Counted from the first letter of the stretch, positions 1-8,004 are shown. The stretch is 21,923 nt of DNA from a bacterium (GCA_046757025.1 JBHHXN010000086.1:1-21923); one strand, 5' to 3'. Notes: generated by a model from the sequence alone, not told the origin. Translations and numbers: made by a program.

Positions 1-53
1 ATCTAATTATTTAATATGAACATAGTTGCATAACTTAAAGTGAGAAATGTTAG
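1..53. mobile_element. Right end of a MITE-like repeat, truncated by the window edge; second copy of the element at ~13698-13904
   Basis: Positions 1-53 are identical to 13852-13904 and end in the terminal repeat AAGTGAGAAATGTTAG. Confidence 0.8.
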
Positions 54-67
54 ATATTCATTTGCTT

Positions 68-3000
68 TTATTTTGTTTTAATTTGTCTGCCGCGCCATAG
101 TACATAAATCGCCGGGATCACCAGCAGCGTCAAAATCGTGGAGGTGACCAGCCCGCCAACCATGGGCGCGGCGATGCGCTTCATGACGTCGGCGCCGGTG
201 CCCGCAGACCACATGATGGGCAAAAGCCCGAGAATAGTGGTGCCGACGGTCATCATCTTCGGGCGCACCCGCTGCACCGCCCCACCGGTCACAGCATCAT
301 GCAAATTCTCTAACGAATTCATGCGACCTTCGCGCTGGTAACGGTCAAAATATTCATCCAGATAGACGATCATGACCACGCCGGTTTCCGCGGCCACGCC
401 CGCCAGAGCGATGATGCCCACCCAGACCGCCACGCTGGTGTTGTAATCGAGCAGCCACAACAGCCACACCGCGCCGATGGCTGCAAAGGGCACCGATAAC
501 ATCACGATCAAGCTTTTCGGAATCGATTTAAAATTGAAATAAAGCAGCATAAAAATGAGAAAAATCGTAATGGGAATGACGATTTTCAACTTTTCTCGTA
601 AGCGCTGCAAGTATTTGTACTGCCCGGCCCAGGCCAGGGTGTAGCCCGGCGGAATCGCGACTTTTTCCAGAATGTGCTTCTGCGCCTTTTGCACATAACG
701 GCCGTAATCTTTGTCTTCGACGTCCACAAACACAAAGCCCACTTTGGAGCCGGCTTCGCTGCGAATCATAGGCGGGCCGGTGGTCGGGACGATTTCGGCG
801 AGCTGACCGATGGGTACCTGCGCGCCGTTGGCAGTGGGAACCAGGACGCGTTGCAGGGATTCCAGATCGTCGCGCAGCTCGCGGGCATAGCGCACATTTA
901 TGGGGTAGCGTTCTTTGCCTTCTATAGTGTAAGTGATGTTCATGCCGCCGATGGCGCTCTGAATGATGTTCTCGACGTCGCCGACGGTCAGCCCGTACCG
1001 AGCCGCTTCTTTGCGTCGAATGTCAAAATCGACTAAATAGCCGCCGGTAGAGCGTTCGGCAAAAGCGCTGCGCGTACCTGGAAATTCTCGCAGGGCTTGC
1101 TCGATTTCCACCGCGATGCGCTCGCTCTCCTGCAAATCCGGCCCGAAAACTTTGACTCCAAGATTGCTGCGAATGCCCGTGGTCAGCATCTCAGTGCGGG
1201 TTTGAATGGGCATCCACCAGATGTTGGCCATGCCGGGGAACTTGAGTTTTTGATCCATCTCGGCCACGATTTTATCCCAGGTCATTCCTGGCCGCCACTG
1301 CTCTGGCGGCTTGAGGGTGATGGTGGTTTCCACCATGCTGAGCGGCGCCGGGTCGGTGGCGGTGCTCGATCGACCTATTTTGCCAAAGACCCGTTCTACC
1401 TCCGGAAAGCTGGCGAGAATTTTATCCTGGGTGTGCAAAATCTTTTTGGCTTCTGCCGGCGGCATGCCGGGGATGGAGGTGGGCATGTACAGAATCGAAC
1501 CTTCGTTGAGCGGCGGCATGAATTCGGTGCCCAACATCATGAAAACCGGCACCGTCGCGATAAGCAGGAGCAAAGCCGCGGCAATGATCCATCTGCGGAA
1601 GCGCAGGGCAAAATTAACCAAGGGCAGGTATATCCAGATCAGAAATCGGCTGATGGGATTTTTTTCTTCCGAGCGAACCTTTCCGCGCACAAAAATCGGA
1701 ATGAGCGCCGGCGCCAGGGTAATGGCCAGAATGGCGGCAAACAGCATGGAAAAGGTCTTGGTGTATGCCAGCGGTTTGAACAAGCGGCCTTCCTGTGCTT
1801 CCAGGGTGAAGATGGGTAAAAAGGAAACCGTGATGATCAGAAGCGAATAGAAGATCGGTTTGCCGACGTCACGAATGGCTTTTATCAGCACATCGATACG
1901 CGCTGTTTTGCGACCCGCTATCTGCCATTGGTCGAGGGCTTTGTGGCAGTTTTCAACCAGCACGATGGAAGCGTCCACCATGACGCCGATAGCGATGGCG
2001 ATGCCGCCCAGACTCATGATGTTGGCGCTGATACCGAGGTAGTACATCGGAATGAAGGAGATCAGAACCGCGATGGGCAGCGACAGGATGGGAATGAGCG
2101 CGCTGCGAAAGTGCAAAAGAAAGAGAATGATCACCAGACTGACGATGATCATTTCTTCGGTGAGCTTTTCCCTGAGGGTACGGATGGCCCGACCGATGAG
2201 ATCGGAGCGGTCGTAAGTGACGACGATTTCCATGCCTTCTGGCAACGCCGACTCCACCTGCGCGATTTTCGCCTTTACCTGTTCGATGACTTTGTAAGCG
2301 TTTTCGCCGTAGCGCATGATGACGATGCCGCCGACGGTTTCCCCCTGACCGTCCAGCTCGGCGATGCCGCGGCGGGTATCCGGCCCCACGGTGACATTGG
2401 CGACATTGCGGACAAAAATCGGCGTGCCGTCGCTGCTGGCACCCAGGGAAATGTTTTCGATGTCTTGCTGTGACTGGATGTACCCGCGCGCTCGCACCAT
2501 GAATTCGGTGGAGGCCATTTCCAGGGTGCGGCCGCCGACGTCCTGGTTGCTGGCGCGCACAACTTGAACTAAGCGCTGCAGCGGCAGATTGTAGGCCAGC
2601 AGCCGGTTCGGATCGACTTCGATTTGATATTGCTTGACAAAGCCGCCCACCGAAGCCACCTCCGCCACGCCGGCTACCGATTCCAGCCACGGTTTGAGAT
2701 GCCAGTCCTGAAACGAACGCAGGTCGGCCAGGTTGTGCCGGCCGCTGCGATCCACCAGGGCGTATTGATAAACCCAGCCGACGCCGGTGGCGTCCGGACC
2801 CAGGGTAGGGGTGACGCCCTCCGGCAACTGCGCTTCGATTTCGTTCATGTACTCCAAAATTCGACTTCGCGCCCAGTAGATGTCGGTACCTTCTTCAAAA
2901 ATCACGTAAACAAAGGAAAGTCCGAAAAAAGTCTGTCCGCGCACGAATTGCACTTCCGGGGCGGCCAGCAGGCTGGTGACAATGGGATAGGTGACCTGAT

Positions 3001-3187
3001 CTTCCACGATGTCGGGACTGCGGCCCGGCCATTCCGTGAGAATGATAACCTGGGTGTCGGACAGGTCGGGAATGGCGTCCAGCGGCGTATTCAAAAGCGC
3101 CCAGCCCCCCCAGACCGCGAGGACGGCTGTGAACAGCAGCACCAGGAATTTATTCCGGGCGCTAATTTCGATTAATTTTTCTATCAT
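68..3187 (-). CDS. cusA: CusA/CzcA-family heavy-metal efflux RND permease, Cu(I)/Ag(I) type
   Basis: About 1039 aa from ATG 3187, with GGAG RBS at 3197-3200. Family motifs are PLDAIPDLSDTQVI, GPDATGVGWVYQY, EGRLFKPLAYTKTF and RVRPKMMT. The three Met contexts equivalent to the E. coli CusA Cu site are present (LYMP, PLSMVET, TEMLTTG). Confidence 0.95.
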   Translation of the reverse strand: MIEKLIEISARNKFLVLLFTAVLAVWGGWALLNTPLDAIPDLSDTQVIILTEWPGRSPDIVEDQVTYPIVTSLLAAPEVQFVRGQTFFGLSFVYVIFEEGTDIYWARSRILEYMNEIEAQLPEGVTPTLGPDATGVGWVYQYALVDRSGRHNLADLRSFQDWHLKPWLESVAGVAEVASVGGFVKQYQIEVDPNRLLAYNLPLQRLVQVVRASNQDVGGRTLEMASTEFMVRARGYIQSQQDIENISLGASSDGTPIFVRNVANVTVGPDTRRGIAELDGQGETVGGIVIMRYGENAYKVIEQVKAKIAQVESALPEGMEIVVTYDRSDLIGRAIRTLREKLTEEMIIVSLVIILFLLHFRSALIPILSLPIAVLISFIPMYYLGISANIMSLGGIAIAIGVMVDASIVLVENCHKALDQWQIAGRKTARIDVLIKAIRDVGKPIFYSLLIITVSFLPIFTLEAQEGRLFKPLAYTKTFSMLFAAILAITLAPALIPIFVRGKVRSEEKNPISRFLIWIYLPLVNFALRFRRWIIAAALLLLIATVPVFMMLGTEFMPPLNEGSILYMPTSIPGMPPAEAKKILHTQDKILASFPEVERVFGKIGRSSTATDPAPLSMVETTITLKPPEQWRPGMTWDKIVAEMDQKLKFPGMANIWWMPIQTRTEMLTTGIRSNLGVKVFGPDLQESERIAVEIEQALREFPGTRSAFAERSTGGYLVDFDIRRKEAARYGLTVGDVENIIQSAIGGMNITYTIEGKERYPINVRYARELRDDLESLQRVLVPTANGAQVPIGQLAEIVPTTGPPMIRSEAGSKVGFVFVDVEDKDYGRYVQKAQKHILEKVAIPPGYTLAWAGQYKYLQRLREKLKIVIPITIFLIFMLLYFNFKSIPKSLIVMLSVPFAAIGAVWLLWLLDYNTSVAVWVGIIALAGVAAETGVVMIVYLDEYFDRYQREGRMNSLENLHDAVTGGAVQRVRPKMMTVGTTILGLLPIMWSAGTGADVMKRIAAPMVGGLVTSTILTLLVIPAIYVLWRGRQIKTK

Positions 3188-3260
3188 GATAAATTGCTCC
3201 AGATTGTTCTTGAAAAAATTGTGCAAATGAACTATCTTTGTTAAAAATAAAGGTGTTGAA

Positions 3261-3497
3261 ATGAATTCTCAAATTTCTCCACAGCAAGTATATGACGCGC
3301 TCAAATCGTTGTCGGACGATGGCTTGCAGAAAGTTTTAGAATATATTGAATCTATCAAAGCCCCCAAAAAACGTTCAGACCGTTCCAATGCCATCAAACT
3401 CGGCGGAATCCTGGCTAAATATGGGGTCGACATTTCAGAAAATGACATTGCCGAAGCCCGCAAAGAAATGTGGCAAAATCTTGGCAAAAACGTTTGA
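3261..3497 (+). CDS. Putative type II antitoxin (DUF2281-like)
   Basis: 78-aa ORF with AAGGTG RBS. It has an N-terminal LKSLSDDGLQKVLEYIESI helix and a C-terminal DISENDIAEARKEMW, and its stop overlaps the PIN gene start (TGATG at 3495-3499). Confidence 0.75.
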   Translation: MNSQISPQQVYDALKSLSDDGLQKVLEYIESIKAPKKRSDRSNAIKLGGILAKYGVDISENDIAEARKEMWQNLGKNV

Positions 3498-3900
3498 TGC
3501 AAAAATACGTCACGGACACACATGCTTTGCTCTGGTATCTCTTTCGAAGTAAGAGACTTTCCAGTAAAGCAACGGCCATTTTCAACGCAATCGATGCAGG
3601 GCAAGGACAAATTCATATTCATGCAATTGTCTTGGTCGAAATCGTTTATTTAATGGAAAAAGCAAAGATTCCTCAAAAAGCCATCAAAACGGTGATTGAT
3701 CTGTTGGCAGGTCACCCTCGAACTATTCTCTCTGTCAGATCACACCCCAAACCATTCGCGCATTACAGTCAATATCCAGAAAGAAAATTCTCGATATGCC
3801 CGATCGAATTATTGTTACGACCGCCCTCGAATTGGACTTGCCACTCATAACCATCGATGCGAGAATTAGAAGTGCAAACATCGTCAAGGTAATTTGGTGG
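3497..3900 (+). pseudogene. vapC: PIN-domain (VapC-like) toxin, frameshifted
   Basis: The N-terminus MQKYVTDTHALLWYL...IVLVEIVYL is a typical PIN start. The conserved C-terminus DMPDRIIVTTALELDLPLITIDARIRSANIVKVIW lies in the -1 frame, which is open from 3700. The shift is near 3700-3720. Confidence 0.8.
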
Positions 3901-3910
3901 TGTTTTTTCT

Positions 3911-5326
3911 CTACATCGTCTGCAAAACACCCTGCACATGCGCTTCGGCATCGATGAGAAAGTTGCCGGATTTTACCACCACTTCCCCTTCCTGCAGTCC
4001 AGCCTGAACCGTGTAAAACGTTTCAACTTTCCAGCCGGTTTTAATCTCGCGCGGTTCGAATCGTCCGCCGCCGCGATCCACAAACACCAGTTTGCGCCGG
4101 CCGGTGTTGAGCACCGCGGTCTGTGGCACCACTAACTGCTCACCCAGATCTACGGCGACTTCCACATCCGCGTACATTTCCGGCCTCAAGGTTAGCCAGG
4201 AATTGGAAAACCCCATTCGGATTTTGGCGGTCCGCGTTTGGCCATTTAGACTTGGGTAGATGTAATCGACTTGACCGAGCAACTCAACTTTCGAATCGTA
4301 TGGCAGGGTCAGCCGCACTTGCTGGTGGAGGCGGATATACGGCAGCTCCGATTCGTAAACATCCGCAAAGACCCAGACGCTTGAAAGGTCGGCGATTTTG
4401 TACAAATCCATACCGGCTTGGGCATGCTGACCCCGCAGAATGTTTTTGGCAATTACATGCCCCGTAAACGGCGAAAAGTAAGTGACCCGCAACTGCGGCT
4501 TCTTGCTCTGTACTATCTGTTTGATTTGCTCGTCGGTCAAGCCCCACAGCCGCAGACGCTCACGGGCAATTTCATCCAGCGACCTACCAGAGTTTTTGGA
4601 ACCCGCCGCGGTGATTGAAGTTTTTTCTGAAAGCATCTGCAATAATTCATCCTGAGTCGAAACCAGCTCCGGACTGTAAACCGCGAACAACGGCTGTCCC
4701 TGTTTGACGAACTGCCCCACATAGTCCACATAAAGCTCCTCTAGCCAGCCGGAGAATTTCAAATTGACCGTCGCAATTTTGGTCTCGTCGTAAACAACGC
4801 GTCCGGTTGTTCGAATTGTTTTTTGCACGACGCGTATTTTCACCGTGTCGCGCTGCACCCCGATGAGCTGCTGCTGGTACAACGAAACCTTCACTGTGCG
4901 CACCTGCTTGTCCCCGGCGTCTGGTTGCGGCTCATCACCTTCCTTGTAAACGGGTACCAGATTCATTGCGCAGATGGGGCATTTCCCCGGTTGCTTTTCA
5001 TGCACCGAAGGATGCATGGTGCAAGTATAATAATCGATGTCGCTTGAATGCTCATGCTCGGTGGGGTCAATGTGCATCTGTGCAATCGGTTGCTCGGTTT
5101 TGTAAACCGGCGTCAAATTCATGGCGCAAATCGGACAGGTTCCCGCAACCATTTGTTTGACCGAGGGATGCATGGTACACGTGTAATAGTCGATATCAGC
5201 GGCACTAGTCCCGACGGGATCGCGGCCGGTTTTTTCACTGCTGCAAGCGAAGAAAAACAAACCTGCCGCAATGAGCAGGGCAGCAGCAAGCCCCAAAAGA
5301 GGCATGTCTTTTAAATTTCGTTTCAT
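3911..5326 (-). CDS. cusB: CusB-like efflux RND periplasmic adaptor with two N-terminal heavy-metal-binding (YTCxMHP...CPICxM) domains
   Basis: AGGAG RBS. Membrane-fusion-protein motifs include GWLEELYVD, YSPELVSTQDE, IADLSSVWV, LRPEMY and GNFLIDAE. Two YYTCTMHPSV...CPICAMNL repeats. Lies upstream of cusA. Confidence 0.93.
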   Translation of the reverse strand: MKRNLKDMPLLGLAAALLIAAGLFFFACSSEKTGRDPVGTSAADIDYYTCTMHPSVKQMVAGTCPICAMNLTPVYKTEQPIAQMHIDPTEHEHSSDIDYYTCTMHPSVHEKQPGKCPICAMNLVPVYKEGDEPQPDAGDKQVRTVKVSLYQQQLIGVQRDTVKIRVVQKTIRTTGRVVYDETKIATVNLKFSGWLEELYVDYVGQFVKQGQPLFAVYSPELVSTQDELLQMLSEKTSITAAGSKNSGRSLDEIARERLRLWGLTDEQIKQIVQSKKPQLRVTYFSPFTGHVIAKNILRGQHAQAGMDLYKIADLSSVWVFADVYESELPYIRLHQQVRLTLPYDSKVELLGQVDYIYPSLNGQTRTAKIRMGFSNSWLTLRPEMYADVEVAVDLGEQLVVPQTAVLNTGRRKLVFVDRGGGRFEPREIKTGWKVETFYTVQAGLQEGEVVVKSGNFLIDAEAHVQGVLQTM

Positions 5327-5357
5327 TCTTAATACTCCTGTGATAAATTCAAACTCG

Positions 5358-5480
5358 TTAATGTTCCGGAGCCGCCGTCTGTTTGCGGTAATCGGCCCGT
5401 TCTTTTATGTGGGCCAGTCACAATTACAAAAGCATGTGCGCTGCAACAAAAAGAGGCCAGAGTAAGATGAATCGGGTCAT
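5358..5480 (-). pseudogene. Possible internally deleted relic of a TolC/CusC outer-membrane channel gene
   Basis: AAGGA RBS and ATG 5480 give a signal-peptide-like MTRFILLWPLFVAAHMLL*. After two stops the same frame gives LAHIKERADYRKQTAAPEH*, which resembles a TolC C-terminal helix. The position is where cusC normally lies. Confidence 0.35.
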
Positions 5481-5592
5481 ACTTATCCTTTCTCGATTGA
5501 ATTGAATGCCTTTCTCCGACCATTTTAAAGTTGATCAAGGAAGCGGCGACTTGAGTAAATTATTGGATTAACTTCAGAAGAGAGGGAGTACT

Positions 5593-5813
5593 TACGGCTA
5601 TCCAGTTAACTCAGCTTGAACTTATAAAAGCTCTTTTCGATTGATATAAACCTTAATCGTCATGCCCGCGAAGGCGGGCATCCAGAGGTTTCGACCGCCT
5701 CAAATCTTTGTTTCTAAATGGATTCCCGCTTTCGCGGGAATGACTGACTATAGCATTCTTTTAAATACTGAATTCAGTAATAACCCCGTTTCTGAGCAAA
5801 CTGGATAGCCGTA
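5593..5813. mobile_element. 221-bp MITE with 22-bp TIRs and 9-bp target-site duplication
   Basis: TIRs TACGGCTATCCAGTTAACTCAG (5593-5614) and CTGAGCAAACTGGATAGCCGTA (5792-5813) match at 20/22. The direct repeat GGGAGTACT lies at 5584-5592 and 5814-5822. No transposase ORF. Confidence 0.88.
5659..5744. repeat. Inverted doublet of REP-like palindromes (GTCATTCCCGCG..GCGGGAATCCA type) inside the MITE
   Basis: GTCATGCCCGCGAAGGCGGGCATCCA (5659-5684) and TGGATTCCCGCTTTCGCGGGAATGAC (5719-5744) are near reverse complements, and each is internally palindromic. Confidence 0.85.
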
Positions 5814-5841
5814 GGGAGTACTGCTCCCTCGAAGTGGCGAA

Positions 5842-6231
5842 TCAAATCAGAAGGAGGGAGATTTTTTTATGAATCTTGTCTTCTTTGAAATTGAAGACTA
5901 CTGGGGAGCGCTGTTCGATGTATTCCAGTGTGGTAAGATGCAACGTGTCTGTAGCAGAAGCAAATACAGGAATATGACTTTTGGGGGCCTTTTTAAGTTT
6001 TTGCAGAACTCCCTGAGTGGCAGCAGAATCATCCAGACTTTTATTCTCGTCGCTCTGACAGCAGACCATTCGCGAAGGGAACTCTACCTGACAGCACTGC
6101 ATTTTCTGCGACTCGCAGCACTGGTCAGAGACCGCCGCATTGAGCAACGGCACAAAGAATTGCAGCGTGGCCGCGATTAGAACCGCAGTTACTAAATTAA
6201 CTTCAATTTTTTTATTAAAAATTTGCTTCAT
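5842..6231 (-). CDS. Hypothetical Cys-pair-rich exported or membrane protein; putative metal-responsive leader (DUF2946/HYC_CC_PP-like)
   Basis: 129 aa with an N-terminal hydrophobic segment, three CC pairs (QCCE, QCCQ, VCCQ) and a hydrophobic C-terminus ISLLLI. It is co-oriented directly upstream of the efflux genes. Confidence 0.65.
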   Translation of the reverse strand: MKQIFNKKIEVNLVTAVLIAATLQFFVPLLNAAVSDQCCESQKMQCCQVEFPSRMVCCQSDENKSLDDSAATQGVLQKLKKAPKSHIPVFASATDTLHLTTLEYIEQRSPVVFNFKEDKIHKKISLLLI

Positions 6232-6262
6232 ATCTGAATATAACTTTTTACTTTTGAAATTC

Positions 6263-6523
6263 CTAAAACTTTAATTGAAAAACAAACCCGCCATTTTCAA
6301 ACTTGCGTGGAAAATTAAAACCATAAACCATAGCCAGCGGCGCTGTGTACACAAAGACATTCTGCACGGCGGCATCGAATACGCGAACGCCATCTTTGAG
6401 CATTCTCGTCTCTTGAATGCGGCTGTAAAAGGTTCGTGCACTTAAGCCTCCGAAAAACTCGGTGCGAGCGGTTTTGCTGAAGCTCTGGGCGTTTACATCT
6501 TCAAATTCCCGGTCTGCCATCAT
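6263..6523 (-). pseudogene. Short ORF, possibly a relic of an outer-membrane beta-barrel gene
   Basis: 86-aa ORF with beta-strand-like alternation that ends in GFVFQLKF*, a terminal Phe beta-signal-like motif. It has no good RBS or signal peptide. Confidence 0.25.
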
Positions 6524-6550
6524 TGTGGAAAAAATAAAATTCGGTCTCTT

Positions 6551-6572
6551 CCTGCTGAGCGAAGTCGAAGTC
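6551..6572. repeat. Single REP-like unit (CTGAGCGAAGTCGAAG)
   Basis: Same core as the units at 13769-13838 and 21176-21203. Confidence 0.6.
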
Positions 6573-6588
6573 TGTTAAAATATCGAAT

Positions 6589-7776
6589 TCACGACTTCTT
6601 GATATTCACCCGCTGATTCGGCTCCGCATACTCCACAAATGGCTGCTTTTCGCACGCGGAGATCACCTCTTGCACACTTTTTCCGGACGTGATCTTAAAC
6701 ACCCGCAAGCGAATAGCGGCGATGACCTTCACCTGTTCCAGTCCCAGTTCGGCGCTCAAGGCGGCGATCTCTGCCTCATCTACTCCCGGCTTGAATTTAA
6801 CCAGGATTTCTGGAGCGTTTGTTGCCGACTTTTTTCTGGTTTTTGCCGGTAGGCGGATCACCGACACCGCATTGTCGCCGTAGTTGGACACATAGAGCTT
6901 GGTATCATTCACTGCAGAAACGATGCCGATGGGTTTGCGACCCACCTCAAATTCCTGCGGCAGCTTCCTGTACGTGCGGGCGTCGTAGCTAAACACTTTT
7001 GAATTGTTGAAATTTACCACGTAAAGTGTCTGCCCGGACTTCGACATTACCGCTTCTTCCGGGCCGTCGAGCCCGGCGATTTCGTGCACAATATTGTCCG
7101 TGCCGGTGTCGAGGATGTGCACCTTGTTTTCGAAGAAATTGCTGATGAACAGCCGGGAGCGGTCGTGATTGGCGTGGATCAGCTCGGGCTTGCCGCCGAC
7201 TTTGAGCGTACGGGCTTTTTTCGTCTGCAAGTGGATAACCGAAATCGTGCCGTCTTGGGTGTTGGTGACGTAAATCTTGCGGTCGTCTTTGGACATGCCT
7301 ACCCCGTCCGGCCCGTTGCCAGTGGGGTATTCGTCCAACACCTTCAGTGATTGAGCGTCGATTTTGAGCAATTTGTTGGCGTCGGTGGCCACCACAAACA
7401 GGGTCTGGCCGTCTTTGCTGGCGGCGATGCCGCCGAGGTGGTACTGGTAGCGTTTGGAGCGCACGATTTTCTGCGTGGTAAAATCGATGACGTCCACGCC
7501 CTTGTTCCAGCCGCTGACCGCAACGAAGTTCGAATTGCCCAGGCGCGCGAAGCCCCAGGGGTAGTCGGCGCTGTCGATGGTCCGCACCGCTTTGTCCGTA
7601 CGCGTATCGATGACGCTGATGAAGGTGTCTTCGACATTGGCCACGTACAGAAAGCGCTGGTTCGGGGTCAGGAAGAGCGCGTCCGGGCCCTTGCCCACCG
7701 GGATGGTTTTAGATGGTGCGCCAAACGTTGGAACAATGCTCCAGAACAGCACCAGAATGCATGTTAACCTTATCAT
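6589..7776 (-). CDS. Secreted YVTN/YncE-family beta-propeller protein with C-terminal subtilase (S8)-prodomain-like module
   Basis: Signal peptide, then about 7 blades of the type VGxxPxx...LYVxN...ISVID. The C-terminal ~74 aa read PEILVKFKPGV...VEYAEPNQ. GGAG RBS upstream. Confidence 0.85.
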   Translation of the reverse strand: MIRLTCILVLFWSIVPTFGAPSKTIPVGKGPDALFLTPNQRFLYVANVEDTFISVIDTRTDKAVRTIDSADYPWGFARLGNSNFVAVSGWNKGVDVIDFTTQKIVRSKRYQYHLGGIAASKDGQTLFVVATDANKLLKIDAQSLKVLDEYPTGNGPDGVGMSKDDRKIYVTNTQDGTISVIHLQTKKARTLKVGGKPELIHANHDRSRLFISNFFENKVHILDTGTDNIVHEIAGLDGPEEAVMSKSGQTLYVVNFNNSKVFSYDARTYRKLPQEFEVGRKPIGIVSAVNDTKLYVSNYGDNAVSVIRLPAKTRKKSATNAPEILVKFKPGVDEAEIAALSAELGLEQVKVIAAIRLRVFKITSGKSVQEVISACEKQPFVEYAEPNQRVNIKKS

Positions 7777-7944
7777 TTTAATCTCCGTTTAGATACTCTA
7801 AGTAGCCAGGGGCGTTCTTTAACATGATATTTGAATACTTTTTCAAATACAAAAGAATAAACAGAATTTTGTTTGACTATGTTCCCTTTTTTTGACTGGA
7901 CAGAATTTTTTGGTTGCAGATTTGCCATTATAGTCTGTTAAGAA

Positions 7945-7988
7945 GTTGACAATAAATTATATTTTTGGTTGACAATTTGGTTGACAAT
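7945..7988 (+). repeat. Upstream array of three GTTGACAAT boxes (putative operator)
   Basis: GTTGACAAT starts at 7945, 7968 and 7980. Confidence 0.75.
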
Positions 7989-7997
7989 TATTATAAT
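7969..7997 (+). promoter_or_regulatory. Consensus sigma70 promoter, probably giving a leaderless mRNA
   Basis: TTGACA (7969-7974), 17-bp spacer, TATAAT (7992-7997). The ATG at 8005 follows after 7 nt with no Shine-Dalgarno. Confidence 0.8.
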
Positions 7998-8004
7998 TAT
8001 CTCT

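Noticed and set aside
3188..3226. 13-codon N-terminal extension of cusA in the ORF track
   Set aside because: The RBS (GGAG) and the family-typical start MIEKLIE point to ATG 3187.
138..3230. Many overlapping ORFs of 60-245 aa within cusA on both strands
   Set aside because: Shadow ORFs caused by the high-GC codon bias of a well-supported gene; no recognisable motifs.
3269..3622. 117-aa minus-strand ORF that would be co-oriented with cusBA
   Set aside because: It is antisense to a coherent, translationally coupled antitoxin-PIN pair and has no family features.
5329..5538. 69-aa minus-strand ORF upstream of cusB
   Set aside because: TTG start without RBS. A different frame in the same region has the better RBS/ATG and is treated as a possible relic.
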